Assembly (NCBI RefSeq): GCF_001194135.2
Contig: NC_068989.1
Location: 78,444,943-78,493,823 of the forward strand
Reading direction: 5' to 3'
Length of the DNA: 48,881 nt
Source of the DNA: Octopus bimaculoides
Taxonomy: Eukaryota
The notes under the pieces were generated by a model. It was not told the DNA's origin, did no database searches, and saw nothing but the letters and a program-made list of their open reading frames with translations. The position numbers were made by a program, and so were the translations under genes. Positions 12,024 to 23,054 of this stretch are shown piece by piece. Each line of letters begins with the position of its first letter. Position 1 is the stretch's first letter.

Positions 12024-12213
12024 GGCACAAGGTAGCAAATTTCGTGGTGGGGCGTGTAAGTCAGTTATATAGACCCCAGTATGCAACTGGTACTTATTTT
12101 ATCGACCCCAAAGGGTGAAAGGAAAAGTCAACCTTGACAGAATTTGGATTCAGAAAGACGGACGAAATGCCGCTTAGCACTTTATCCGAAGTGCTAACAA
12201 TTCTGCCAGCTTG
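12024..12213 (-). mobile_element. SINE family A
   Basis: actggtacttattttatcgaccccaaagggtgaaagg...gctaacaattctgccagct is the reverse complement of the family A head and body. Confidence 0.85.
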
Positions 12214-12243
12214 ACAATTACATGAATTTTAATTGTATTTTAT

Positions 12244-12400
12244 ATAGGCAGAAAGCCAGAAATTTTTGTGGGGAAAGAGTTTAGTGAATTATATTGACAT
12301 CTATATTTGATTAGTGCTTTAGTGATGATATCGAAAGGATGAAAGGGAAAGATAATCTCCGTGGGACTTCAACTGAGAATGTGAAGAGGTGAAACAAGGA
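12244..12400 (-). mobile_element. SINE family A, highly degenerate tandem copy
   Basis: tataggcagaaagccagaaatt...gaaaggatgaaagggaaag...ttcaactgagaatgt. Confidence 0.5.
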
Positions 12401-12559
12401 TATAAAAATTACCTATTAATAGTAATACATAATGGAAAGCATTTTAGTTAACACGTTAACGGTTCTGCCAATCCACTACTCTCATCTTACATGGATGATA
12501 GTGGTAAGAGTATAAGCAATGATGTCAATAATAAATATCTAACATAATGAGTCATTACG

Positions 12560-13640
12560 TTTTTAATTAAATAAGCTTCTGTCATGAATGATGAGAATAA
12601 ATCATGGTGTAAATATTTATGATTGAGAAAAGTGCGAGACAATCCAAAGTTAAATTGAGAAAAAAGGCTTTTAGCTGTACAGATTCATTCATGGATATGT
12701 TTCGGTCTTATGAGATATTATCAGCTTTGCTGAGTCCATATTTCAGTTTGATGCGAATCGCATCATCTTCATAATTCTCCGTTCTTTGCTTTGATTTAAA
12801 TGTGTGTGTGAAATGTTTTACAAGTAAATATATTTTCCTTTCTGGCTTCGGTTATTGATACAAAGATTAGAGTATTATTGTGATGTATTGATGTTCACAT
12901 GTGTTACCTGTATCTCTATCATATTTCTGTCTGTGCTGTGTACTTTTGTATAACACAGACTTTTATCTTTCCAACTTTCAGTTTTGTTGCCATATTCGAA
13001 ATTTCTAACATTCGGTTCTTCTACTCTTAAACCTTTCTCATATTTAATTGTATGTTTTGTATTTTCGTTGCTACAGTTTTAGAGTAAATTTTTATCATTC
13101 ATCACTGTTGGGATAATGCAGAAACATCATTTACTTTCATTAACACATTTATTTTTTACTTTTTCAAGCGCTATCCCTATCTTCCTGATTTTCATTTTGA
13201 CTTTGTATTATCTTGAGGTTTTTCATTGTGATGTCTTTACTTTTCTGTTGTATTTGCGCTGTTTGTTTATGTTTTATTTTCTGAATTATATATTTTTATT
13301 ATGTATTTTTCCTTTCCAGTCTTCTATTTCTAAACTTGATATATTTGTACGTTTAAATACGTGTCTTGTTGAATTCTCTTGTCACTCCTAAAATCAATCT
13401 ATAATGAACACTGATTTCTCTCCAGAAATTAAATTTTGCCTCAAATCTTTTGTTGGAAGGCATGAAGCTGCCAAATATGCCTGTAGGAGGAAAATGTATT
13501 CTTTTCGACAGCCATCATACATATTTTTTCCGTGACAATTCGCAGGTTTTGAAGAGTAAATTCTGTTCGCTTTGTCAAGATGTAACTTAGGTGTCAGTTG
13601 ATTCTCTTCTTGCGATACGGCATGAGACATGCTTTATTCC
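12560..13640 (-). mobile_element. Probable decayed LINE (ORF1-like part plus APE endonuclease start)
   Basis: Strong A-rich skew on the minus strand, with scattered endonuclease-like words IFVSITEAR, DAIRIK and FSIINIYT. Multiple frameshifts and stops; clade not assignable. Confidence 0.35.
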
Positions 13641-14021
13641 TTTATCTATCTATCTTTCATTTATCTATCACTTTGTCTATCTTATAGAGATGTAATATCT
13701 GATTACAAGATTGAATATGCATTTCCCTCTTAAACTGGGCAAAATTAATCGGTATTGCTCGTATTGTTTCTCGAAGGAAGCCTCTACTAGCTATTCATTT
13801 GATTTACTCTCTGCCAGTGTAGTTACACACGATAGTCAATCGTGATTATGCATAATTAATTTTAGAGGAACTGAATACAATTCATAAAAATAAATTAATA
13901 TTTTATTTACATTTGAATCAATCAAGACTTATCAGCTCTTATGAACTTAAGTTCCTGATATTTTTTCCTTCAATGTAAATTGATTTTTCGATCTATAACT
14001 ATTATTACTTTTTCTATTTTC

Positions 14022-14236
14022 TCCGCCGTGATTGACTTTGCCTTTCATCTTTTCCGGGTTCGAAGCTGTACTGGCTTTTGCCTTTCCCTTGTATAACACT
14101 GGTGGTGTGGAGAAGGGAGACCGGTATGCATGGGCGACTGCTACTCTTCCATAAACAAACTTGCCCGGACTTGTGCCTGGGAGGGTAACTTTCTAGGTGC
14201 AATCTCATGGTCAGTCATGACCGAAGGGGGTCTCAA
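14022..14236 (+). mobile_element. SINE family C 3' part (14063-14236) preceded by a 40-bp family A piece; (ATT)n tail 14238-14303
   Basis: aagctgtactggcttttgcctttccc...ggtatgcatgggcgactgc...catgaccgaaggggg matches 27770-28015 in reverse; tccgccgtgattgactttgcctttcatc matches family A. Confidence 0.8.
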
Positions 14237-14303
<67 letters not shown>

Positions 14304-14563
14304 GTCGTTTTAAACGTTTTTACAACTCACTCATTTTACAACTAGTACATGAGATAACAAGTAATATATACTCGCATACAGATTTCCTGTTACAATTTGA
14401 GACGAAGTTTTTGACTTTCGATTCACAAAAAAAGGTGAATACTTCGCTTCGAACAAAAAGAAAGTTGAAAATGTGCAAAAATAATGCATTGCTCACAAGG
14501 ACAACAATGCTATTTTAATTGAAGTGCAAAATGAAACATGAAATAAAAGAAATCACAAACATT

Positions 14564-15445
14564 TTAACAACATCGAGTAGAATTAATGTCAACAACAAAA
14601 CCACAGTTTATATGCAAGTATCCTTCCGGGTGTAAATAAGGATAGTGTAAATCTTTCCTTTGTGAACGTACATTAAAACTCTCTATATGGAATGTCTTGC
14701 TGAAAGATCGAAAATTAGGTAACTTGTGCATAGACTGGCACCAGCGTTCTTCAGCCAATTACGGCAGCTCACAAGAAAAAAAGTAATCTATCTCTGTTTG
14801 CCTTGAACACAGCAGCTTTCTTCGTTAATTAAACACTGAAAAATTACCCAACGGAAATAAAAAGCAAAACGCTATAAAAAGTAATATGTAGAGTATACAT
14901 GCTGCAAAGGAGAAACTCTTTTCACTGAAGAAGACCCAGTCGAATAAAAGAAATTGTATGCCTTTTGATGTGAAGCCAGCATCGTCCCTGAGCGAAATGA
15001 AATTCAAGCCATTCACAATAAAAACAAATATACAAAGTATAAATTGGGAAGAAAATGGAATTATTTTCAACATCATAAAAGCAGTGGAATACTTGTACAA
15101 ATTTCGGATATACTTTCAAAGTATTATTTTCAACATTTCAGAAATTTGGGATGTAACATTAACAACTGGATTTTTATAGCGTTCGTATACTGTTTCTAAT
15201 TTACTAGAGGAATATAGTAATATGATATCAGATCTAGAAAGAATATTTTGCTTTTTAAGACGATTCCTTGTGGCCCATTCTATATAATATAGATATGCTA
15301 CATTACAGAACAATATAACAGAGGAATACTGGGTAACATCAGATACTGGAGAATATTTGCAGTATAATCTACAGACCAACCACAAAGAAAATTTAATTAT
15401 GTCTGGTTATTCCATATCTGTGTAAAATTCACACAATACCCCATA
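14564..15445 (-). pseudogene. Unidentified stop-poor reading frame, hydrophobic; possible decayed membrane-protein gene
   Basis: Track ORFs 15116-15385, 14825-15100 and 14564-14758 share one minus frame, with only 4 internal stops in about 290 codons. No diagnostic motif recognised. Confidence 0.3.
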
Positions 15446-16239
15446 TCATTAACCAATTCAAGGCTACGTACAAGGCCAGGAAACGATAGCTTGTCAGTTT
15501 AGAATATCTTCGTAGATATTCAAGTCAGGGGAAGCCAACAGTTTATCATGGTTTCATATTACTGATACTTACATTTTGATAAGCCAGACGTGCAGAACCG
15601 AAGCAAAACCTTGTAATCATTTTAGTAGCATGACAGATTCCTTTTACTTATTTTTGCATCATCCATTACCATTTTGTTAACAAGGAGCTAAGTTTTCAGT
15701 TCAATGAATTCTAGAGTAATTTACAAGAAGAAAAACAGAAAATATGTCATATACATTAAATCGAGGTGTCTGAAATTAGAGGGAAAATAAAATATTAATT
15801 ATACAGGGAATGTTTTACCACTTTGAACGATAAGAGATGGAATCGCAAATCTAAAGCAGACAGAATCACTCGTCCATTAAAATGTTCCGTTACTCTAACT
15901 GGTATGGTGATTCACTGAAATACAAAGTGTTAAGTCCCGCACCACCAATTCATCACGGCCTTTAGAGAGATGATGTGTAACTGCGATCGATATGTTTCAG
16001 TTTCACCATAGGTTTAGTGTTAATTTGCAGGTTTTATCTTCTCACATAAGCTTGGAACGATTTTATGTCAAATTCGTTCAAGTCTTCTTCATTATTTCTT
16101 CCAATAGTACGAAAGTTTTGAGAGAGCTGAAGGGTAGGATGCCTTCAAAATAGAAACTTTCCCGGGGTAAGTGTTTTGTTCCTTAACTTCTTGCAATCTA
16201 AATAGAAGCGAGCCATATCCAGGTCATGACGTCTAGGTT

Positions 16240-16299
16240 CCCTGCTGCCAACATTTTAACCCTGCTGCCAGCATTTTATTCCTGCGGCCAACACTTTTC
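16240..16299. repeat. 3 x 20-bp tandem repeat
   Basis: ccctgctgccaacattttaa / ccctgctgccagcattttat / tcctgcggccaacacttttc. Confidence 0.9.
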
Positions 16300-16304
16300 C
16301 ATGA

Positions 16305-16750
16305 GCGAAAATTCAATTCAAACCTCAACAATCTAGAATGGAAAAATCTAATTTAACTACAAAGCGGCAAAGAACTGACAATTAAAGGAGCAGACAAAGG
16401 AAGTGCTGTAGTCCTGATGGACACAGATTACTACAAAATCCTAGTATTATTCATACTAGAAAACGATACCTTCTACGAATAAGTTGTAAACTATAAACAA
16501 CAAAAAAAAAACAATGAAAACTTTTGCATCCTTTATTCTACATGGAGAAAGCCTGACAGAAAAATATATTATATTACGTACTTTAAATGCAAACCTAGTC
16601 ATTTTTACGATCTACTTAAAATATATAAGAGCAAGATAGTTAATGAAGCCTGCAAACAATCACCATGCAAATACATAAATATCCTAGTGCCAGAAGACTT
16701 AAAGTTAAGACCCATTATAGCTGTCCCAGATTGTGAAACCCGCCATTGGT
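16305..16750 (+). mobile_element. Penelope-like element (PLE) reverse transcriptase N-terminal fragment
   Basis: NLNNLEWKNLI*LQSGKELTIKGADKGSAVVLMDTDYYK...SHFYDLLKIYKSKI...PEDLKLRPIIAVPDCETRH. IKxADKGxxVVxMD, FYxLPKIHKS and LKxRPIIAGP are hallmark PLE RT motifs. Stops and frameshifts present. Confidence 0.85.
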
Positions 16751-17547
16751 TATATACTTTGTCATTATGGAGTATTTGCCATTATGGGATATTTGTAGTC
16801 ATTTAAATAATACATTTATTTTTCAACATTTTAAGTTCCATCCACTCACATATTCTAGATGTCGTGGTTTCTATGGAAAACTGTTTTTCTTAGTTTAGTT
16901 AACGTCTTCACTTCACAGCAAAAGTTAATATATCGACACAGTGATTCTTCTAGGCAGCGATGTCTAACGGTAGGTAATTGATCACATTTATAATTTTGCA
17001 TATTTCCAGGGCATGAAACTTTTATAAAGTCTACCTCTTAGATTCGTGCATCCTGCAGCGAATTTTCACATGTGAAATATATTTCATAGGCTTGGTAGAA
17101 ATGTTATAGTTGGTGATGTTTTCAGAAATTCATGCCTACTTTGTAACAGTTGTTTGAAATGTAGCTCGTTGATCTAAGTCTCCTGTCACACGAAATGCAG
17201 GTAATTGTTTTCAGCTCGTAATTAACCAGATGATAGTCGGACACTACATGCTATTCGATGATTTTGCTTTTAGAAAATATAAACACTTTCTGGATTATAA
17301 GGGTTTCATTAGAAATCCGGTTTCTTGGTATTACTTTACAGAGGATTGTGATGTATCACTTAGAAAGTCGCATTTCTAGCATGAAGTCCATTTAAGTCAC
17401 GCACACATTTGAATCTTTTGAAGTATAAACGTGCTGCTTACACTCCCTTCATCTGATTTCCTCTTTCATTCTTCCGCATTCCTTTCTCTCTCTCCCACTT
17501 TCTCCTCTATCTCTCTCGCATTCTGTCTCCCTGTCCCATTCTGCTTT

Positions 17548-17553
17548 TCTCTC

Positions 17554-17614
<61 letters not shown>
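17548..17614. repeat. (CT)n microsatellite
   Basis: Seen directly; another (CT)n at 18731-18817 spans a 10-N gap. Confidence 0.97.
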
Positions 17615-17619
<5 letters not shown>

Positions 17620-17742
17620 CTTTCTTCTACTACTATAGAGGATTTTATTCCCTAGAAATGGCTCGTTTTCTGACAAATCTATTCAGGTATCCCCGATTTG
17701 TCTTCTCTCATTTTGTCACTAATATGACGTTCACTGCTTTTT

Positions 17743-17961
17743 AAGGCGGCAAGCTGTCAGAATCGCTAACACGCGTCGGTCATTTCAGAGGATAGGTAAA
17801 TCGATTCCATCGACCTCAGCACTCAGCTGGTACTTACTATTTTATCGATCCCAAAAAGCAAAGTCGACCTCGGAGGAAGTTAAACTCAGAACTTAAAGAC
17901 AGACAAAATATCTCTAAGCATTTTTGCTCGGCGCGCTAACGACTGTGCCAGCTCACTGCCT
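17743..17961 (-). mobile_element. SINE family A minus-strand copy (~17790-17961) preceded by a plus-strand 32-bp family A head (17743-17774)
   Basis: aaggcggcaagctgtcagaatcgctaacacgc ... gcgcgctaacgactgtgccagctcactgcct. Confidence 0.8.
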
Positions 17962-18120
17962 CGCAAATCTGGGATATTTACGACCCTTTTTATACGATGT
18001 ACAAATGATTTTAATATATTTTGTTCTGTTTTAGCCCCATATAGATCCTGAAAAAGCATATCCTTAATTAAAGGCATTCTAGCCATGACCCTCCTAGCTT
18101 ATTTTCAATGTATTATTCTC

Positions 18121-18320
18121 CGACGTGCTGGCAGAAACGTTAGCACATCGGGCGAAATGCTTTGAGGTATTTCGTCTGTCTTTACGTTCTGAGTTCAAGT
18201 TCTGCCTAGGTCGACTTTGTCTTTCATCGTTTCGTGGTCAATGAATTAAGTACCAGTTGTGGACTGGGTTCGATCTAATTCTACCAAATTTCCTGCCTTA
18301 TGCCTATGGTAGAAAGGATT
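18121..18320 (+). mobile_element. SINE family A
   Basis: gctggcagaaacgttagcacatcgggcgaaatgc...gagttcaagttc...aagtaccagttg...gcctatggtagaaaggatt. Confidence 0.85.
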
Positions 18321-18726
18321 TTTCTCACCTTCATTGTAAGAGCGGTGTCTATTTTGAGGGAGATTCGATTGCTAATTGTATTAGATCGTATCACCACGTA
18401 AAGGCTCTGAATTTGTCTTCTCTGCTGTCATCTTTAAATATAGTGGATGCCATTTATTTTAATCATAGATAATGCTATGACATAATTTTTGTTTGTTTTG
18501 TTTTTTGTTTTCTGTTTTTCTTTTTAGAATTCAGTATTCAAACACAAACGCGCTCATAATACAGCTTTGTTTTCAAGTTTATGTCATCAACTTCTTATTG
18601 TTATATGAAAAAAAAATCAAAACATCTCCGTGCCAATTGATCACAATAAACAAATTTCACTGAATTTTCCTATGCTTTTGCTGTTATTTTGCTAAAGACT
18701 CCACTGTCTCTCAGTTTCTCTTTGCC

Positions 18727-18776
<50 letters not shown>

Positions 18777-18786
18777 NNNNNNNNNN

Positions 18787-18817
<31 letters not shown>

Positions 18818-19319
18818 AAACCCTCTTTATCAAACTCTCATTTGCTCTCAATCTTTTTCTCTTCATTTGAAAATTGAGTCTCTATATATCTTTTTATCTA
18901 TTGTCTCCTACTAATTATTTTCAATTCCAATTTTCATTTATTTATTAAATTATTTTATTCATCATCTTAGTTTGTTATTTATTATTTTCATTTTTATTTC
19001 ATTCACTTATTTATTCTTTGGTCTCGTGCTTTCTTTCATTATTTCATGATTTTCTTCTCTGCTTCTCTGCTTCTAATCTCATTTTTATTCCTACAAATTC
19101 TAATCTCTTTATACCAGTTTGTCTCTCTGTCTCCCACAAACCTGTCCATTTCCACCACTCACCTACTCATCTCGTTTTTTCTTAATGTTTGCCATTTTCA
19201 GATCATCGTCCTCTCTCTATAGCTTACATAACTTTAATAAAATATATATGTACTTCAGCTGTACATTAACTTCGTTTAACTTTCACGACGCCATTTCATT
19301 AATTAAGCTCATCTCCCCG

Positions 19320-19371
<52 letters not shown>

Positions 19372-19601
19372 NNNNNNNNNNNNNNNNNNNNNNNNNNNNN
19401 NNNNNNNNNNNNNNNNNNNNNNNNNNNNNNNNNNNNNNNNNNNNNNNNNNNNNNNNNNNNNNNNNNNNNNNNNNNNNNNNNNNNNNNNNNNNNNNNNNNN
19501 NNNNNNNNNNNNNNNNNNNNNNNNNNNNNNNNNNNNNNNNNNNNNNNNNNNNNNNNNNNNNNNNNNNNNNNNNNNNNNNNNNNNNNNNNNNNNNNNNNNN
19601 N

Positions 19602-19649
<48 letters not shown>

Positions 19650-19984
19650 ATTGGAAATTGGCAAATTACAGTTTTTGTGAAATTTACATTTTTTTTTCCT
19701 CTCTATGACAATGAATGTTTCAGCAATGAGTGAATTGTCCTGTGCACTAGACTGTAATCCGTCTCCACAGCCATGTTCATAGATAATTGCGTAATCATTG
19801 ATGCTGCAATCCACACAACCTATAGATGGGACATCTATGAGGTTATTTGATGTGCTGGAAATAGCAGCCATATCTCCCTTAAGTCACACATTACAGTTTA
19901 TCAAAAATAAAAAAAAATATTAACAAAACAATAAGGATTTAATATCCTACAGCCTCGGGTACATATTTTATGTTTTGCCTTCTA

Positions 19985-20345
19985 TTTGTTTCAGTCACTG
20001 GACTACTACGGTGCTGGGGCGCCACATTGAAAAGGTTGAAATGCTAAATTACGTGGATATAAACAAAAATCAGTTGTCAAACGGTGATAGTCACAGACAC
20101 AGACAAAATGACGCACAGATAGGCATATATACATAATGTATACATGCATACATACATACATACATACATAAATACATACATACATAAATACATACATATA
20201 CACATATGGAGTGGCTTCCCAGCCACATGGTTCCGGGTTCAGTTCCACTGCGTGGCACCTTGTGCAAAGCGCTTCTACTATAGCTTTCGGCCAAACAAAG
20301 CCTTGTGAGTGGATATGGTATACGGAAACTGAAAGAAGCCCGTCG

Positions 20346-20380
<35 letters not shown>

Positions 20381-20780
20381 TGTATCTGTATCTGTATTTG
20401 TTCGTCCACTATCGCTTTACAACCGATGTTGGTGTGTTAACGTCCCCGTAACCTAGCGTTCGTCAAAAAGTGACCGATAGAATAAGTGCTAACCTTACAA
20501 AGAATAAGTCCTATGGTCGATTTACTCGACTAAAATCGTTGCTCTACCATGGCTGCAGTCAAATGCCTGAAACAAGTAAAAGAATAAAGGAATAAAAGAA
20601 TATATATATATATGCTTGTACGACGGGCTTCCATACAGTTTCCGTCAATCAAATTTATTGGTAAGGCATCGGTTGACATTGGGTTATAATGGAAGACACT
20701 TGCTCAAGATACTGTGCAATGAAATTTAGGCGGTGCTCCAGCATGGCCACAGTCAAATGACTGAAATGAGTAAAATAATA
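19985..20780. mobile_element. Cluster of SINE family B pieces: 19985-20125 (-), 20207-20600 (+, near full), 20620-20720 (-), 20727-20780 (+)
   Basis: Matches to 46795-47225 and 3915-4081 in alternating orientation. Confidence 0.8.
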
Positions 20781-20939
20781 AGGCCTTATCAAAACGTTGA
20801 AGGAAATGGAAAGACGAGATGATCATGTGCCTTTGTTTACAGGTATATTCAATCAGTTCTGGCTTGTGGTTAGAAACCAAGAAATTGAGGTTGCGTTTCA
20901 TCGATCAACACTCCAGTATACCAATATTTATATTGAAAA

Positions 20940-21170
20940 GCACTGTGAATTGAGAAAGTATTTAAGGTCTCGGACGAAATAGCTTCCAGTATTTTTTTCG
21001 GCTGTTTATGTGCCATGTTTGAATTCCGCCGAGGTCTGCTTTGTCTTCCATTCCTCCGGGTTCAATAACACAAAGTCCCTGTCAAATACTGGCGCCAGTA
21101 ATCAAAGTAATCGACTTATCCTGCTCTCCTCAAAATTCCTGGCGTTGTTCCTAAATTAAAAGCAATTATT
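20940..21170 (+). mobile_element. SINE family A, degenerate
   Basis: tttgaattccgccgaggtctgctttgtcttccattcc...aatcgactt...aaaattcctggcgttg. Confidence 0.65.
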
Positions 21171-21544
21171 TGCTTTGGCAAAACCGTGAAACCATGGGAC
21201 AAAATACTCTAAAGAATGCAATGTCTGGTGTAAGAGTAAAACAAAAGGACTGACAGGTTAATCTGGTCAAATGGAAAGATAAATCTATAATATTGTATTT
21301 GTGACGGAAACATTAGCTTAATACCTATCAGTATTTAGCTTATTCTAATTATTTCTGAATTTCCAATCGCCAGTAAGTAGAACATTTCTTTATCAGTACG
21401 AACAATTATGTTCATCGCAGTGAATGTATAGCTCTGTTCCAGTTCGAAAGAGTACACTGTTCTTTATAGCATGATACTAAACGCAACACACACCTTACAC
21501 ACACGCACAGACACACATACGATTGTAGAATCTGTTCACTGGAG

Positions 21545-21830
21545 TGGCAGACCGCTGCGTTGTCAGCAGCATACTGAAGTGATATTTTGCTTCCTGTTCA
21601 GTCTTCGTGACTTCAATCTGGCATGGTTGAAACATTCCCCACCGTCATATCGGTACATAATGTTGACTCCTGGATTGTCCGAACGCAGTTCATGAAACAC
21701 TGCTACAAGGTACAGGGAGAAGAGCGTCGGGGCCAAAATGCATCCTTGTTTTACTCCTCCTGTGATGGGAAAGTCTTCAGACAGTTGGTTTTGATGGAGG
21801 ATGGTTCCAGGCACACACTGAGTGTGGATT
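21545..21830 (-). mobile_element. RTE-clade LINE reverse transcriptase fragment
   Basis: QLSEDFPITGGVKQGCILAPTLFSLYL...GVNIMYRYDGGECFNHARLKS; GVKQGCILAPTLF and YRxDGxLFNLxRL are RTE RT hallmarks. Confidence 0.9.
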
Positions 21831-22209
21831 TTTTTTTTCAATGAAAGGTAGAGGATAACTAACTGTATGCCTGTGTGTGCTTTCGTGTGTGTGTCTGTGC
21901 GCGCGTATGTGCATATGTATGTGTGTGTAACTGTCGTAAGAGGGTCGATCTTATTATGTGGTATCTTTGGTAAATGTTATATTGTATAACAGAAAGTTGA
22001 CACGTCCTTTGTGAGTGAAGTTGAGTAGAAGAAAACTGTGTGGAACCCCGTTGAAAAGAATGCGCATATAATTCACAAAGCTACAATCTTCTCACACACT
22101 ACGTGTCAAATTCAGCCATTTGCATGTTAATTTTTGGGGCTGGTAAATCATTTCGTAGAACAACCGAATGATACATGAGCACACACACAAACATAAACAC
22201 GCTTATAAA

Positions 22210-22283
22210 TATATGTATGTATGTATGTATATATGTATGTATGTATGTATGTATGTGTATATGTATGTATGTATGTATGTATG

Positions 22284-22335
<52 letters not shown>

Positions 22336-22350
22336 AAGAAAGATAGATAG
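22210..22350. repeat. (TATG)n/(GATA)n compound microsatellite
   Basis: Seen directly. Confidence 0.95.
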
Positions 22351-22364
22351 ATATAATCATATTT

Positions 22365-22745
22365 AAAGATAAGATCCAAGCATCCAGATGTAGGTACGAC
22401 GTTAGTAAGTTTTGAGCAGTCCGTAGAAGATATAAAAGAACTACCTTCAGGTGGTTTATTGACGTAGAAGTTTGTAAACTTACTCCATATCGAAGTTCGA
22501 TTAGCTTAAAAAAGTTTTGTAGTTCACAGTTAGCCACTGGAGTTACTGTGTATGAGAATAAAAAATCCCTTTCGAGTTAACGTGGGATGCCTTGACGACA
22601 ATGTAACCTTATTTGGCTGAGGTATCTTTGGCATGATGAGTAGATAGTAAGTACCCCACGTTGAATAATTACTAGTTCAAAGGTTCTGCTAGCTAAGAAA
22701 CATATGTAGCCTGGATTTTACCTACTCCATTCTCTAAATTTGGAT
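22365..22745 (+). repeat. Unclassified interspersed repeat (second copy at 35955-36255)
   Basis: Shared blocks gtagaagatataaaaga, ggtttattgacg, accccacgtt..ataattacta and aaacatatgtagccYggatttta.ctact.cattc. Confidence 0.8.
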
Positions 22746-22773
22746 GTATATACATATATATACATACACATAT

Positions 22774-22810
<37 letters not shown>

Positions 22811-22984
22811 TAATAAAAGGGTAAAATTAATTAATTAATCAATTAATTAATTAATAATTTTAACAAGTAGGTCGGTACGTTAAAATAAGCTTTTTAGGTA
22901 ATATCATACATATATTCTATAATTATAAACATAGACATCGCGTACATATTTAATCCTAGCATTCTCAAATTTATATTTGAAATG

Positions 22985-23054
22985 TTGCACTGAAGACGGG
23001 AAATAAGTTAGTAAATATAACTTAACTTTAATCTCGAAACGTATACGTAGCTAA
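22985..23054 (+). ncRNA. Type-I hammerhead-ribozyme-like motif (PLE/retrozyme type), stem I disrupted
   Basis: CTGAAGA (22990-96), one extra base, stem II GGGA/TCTC plus inner AAGTTAG/TTAACTT helix, GAAA (23036-39), palindromic stem III ACGTATACGT, GUA cleavage triplet. Confidence 0.65.

Noticed and set aside
14924-14950. CTGAAGA-a-GAC-cca-GTC-GAAT hammerhead-like string
   Set aside because: GAAT instead of GAAA, and no stem III or stem I; likely chance.
16240-16299. CRISPR-like array
   Set aside because: Contiguous tandem units with no spacers, eukaryotic context and no cas genes.
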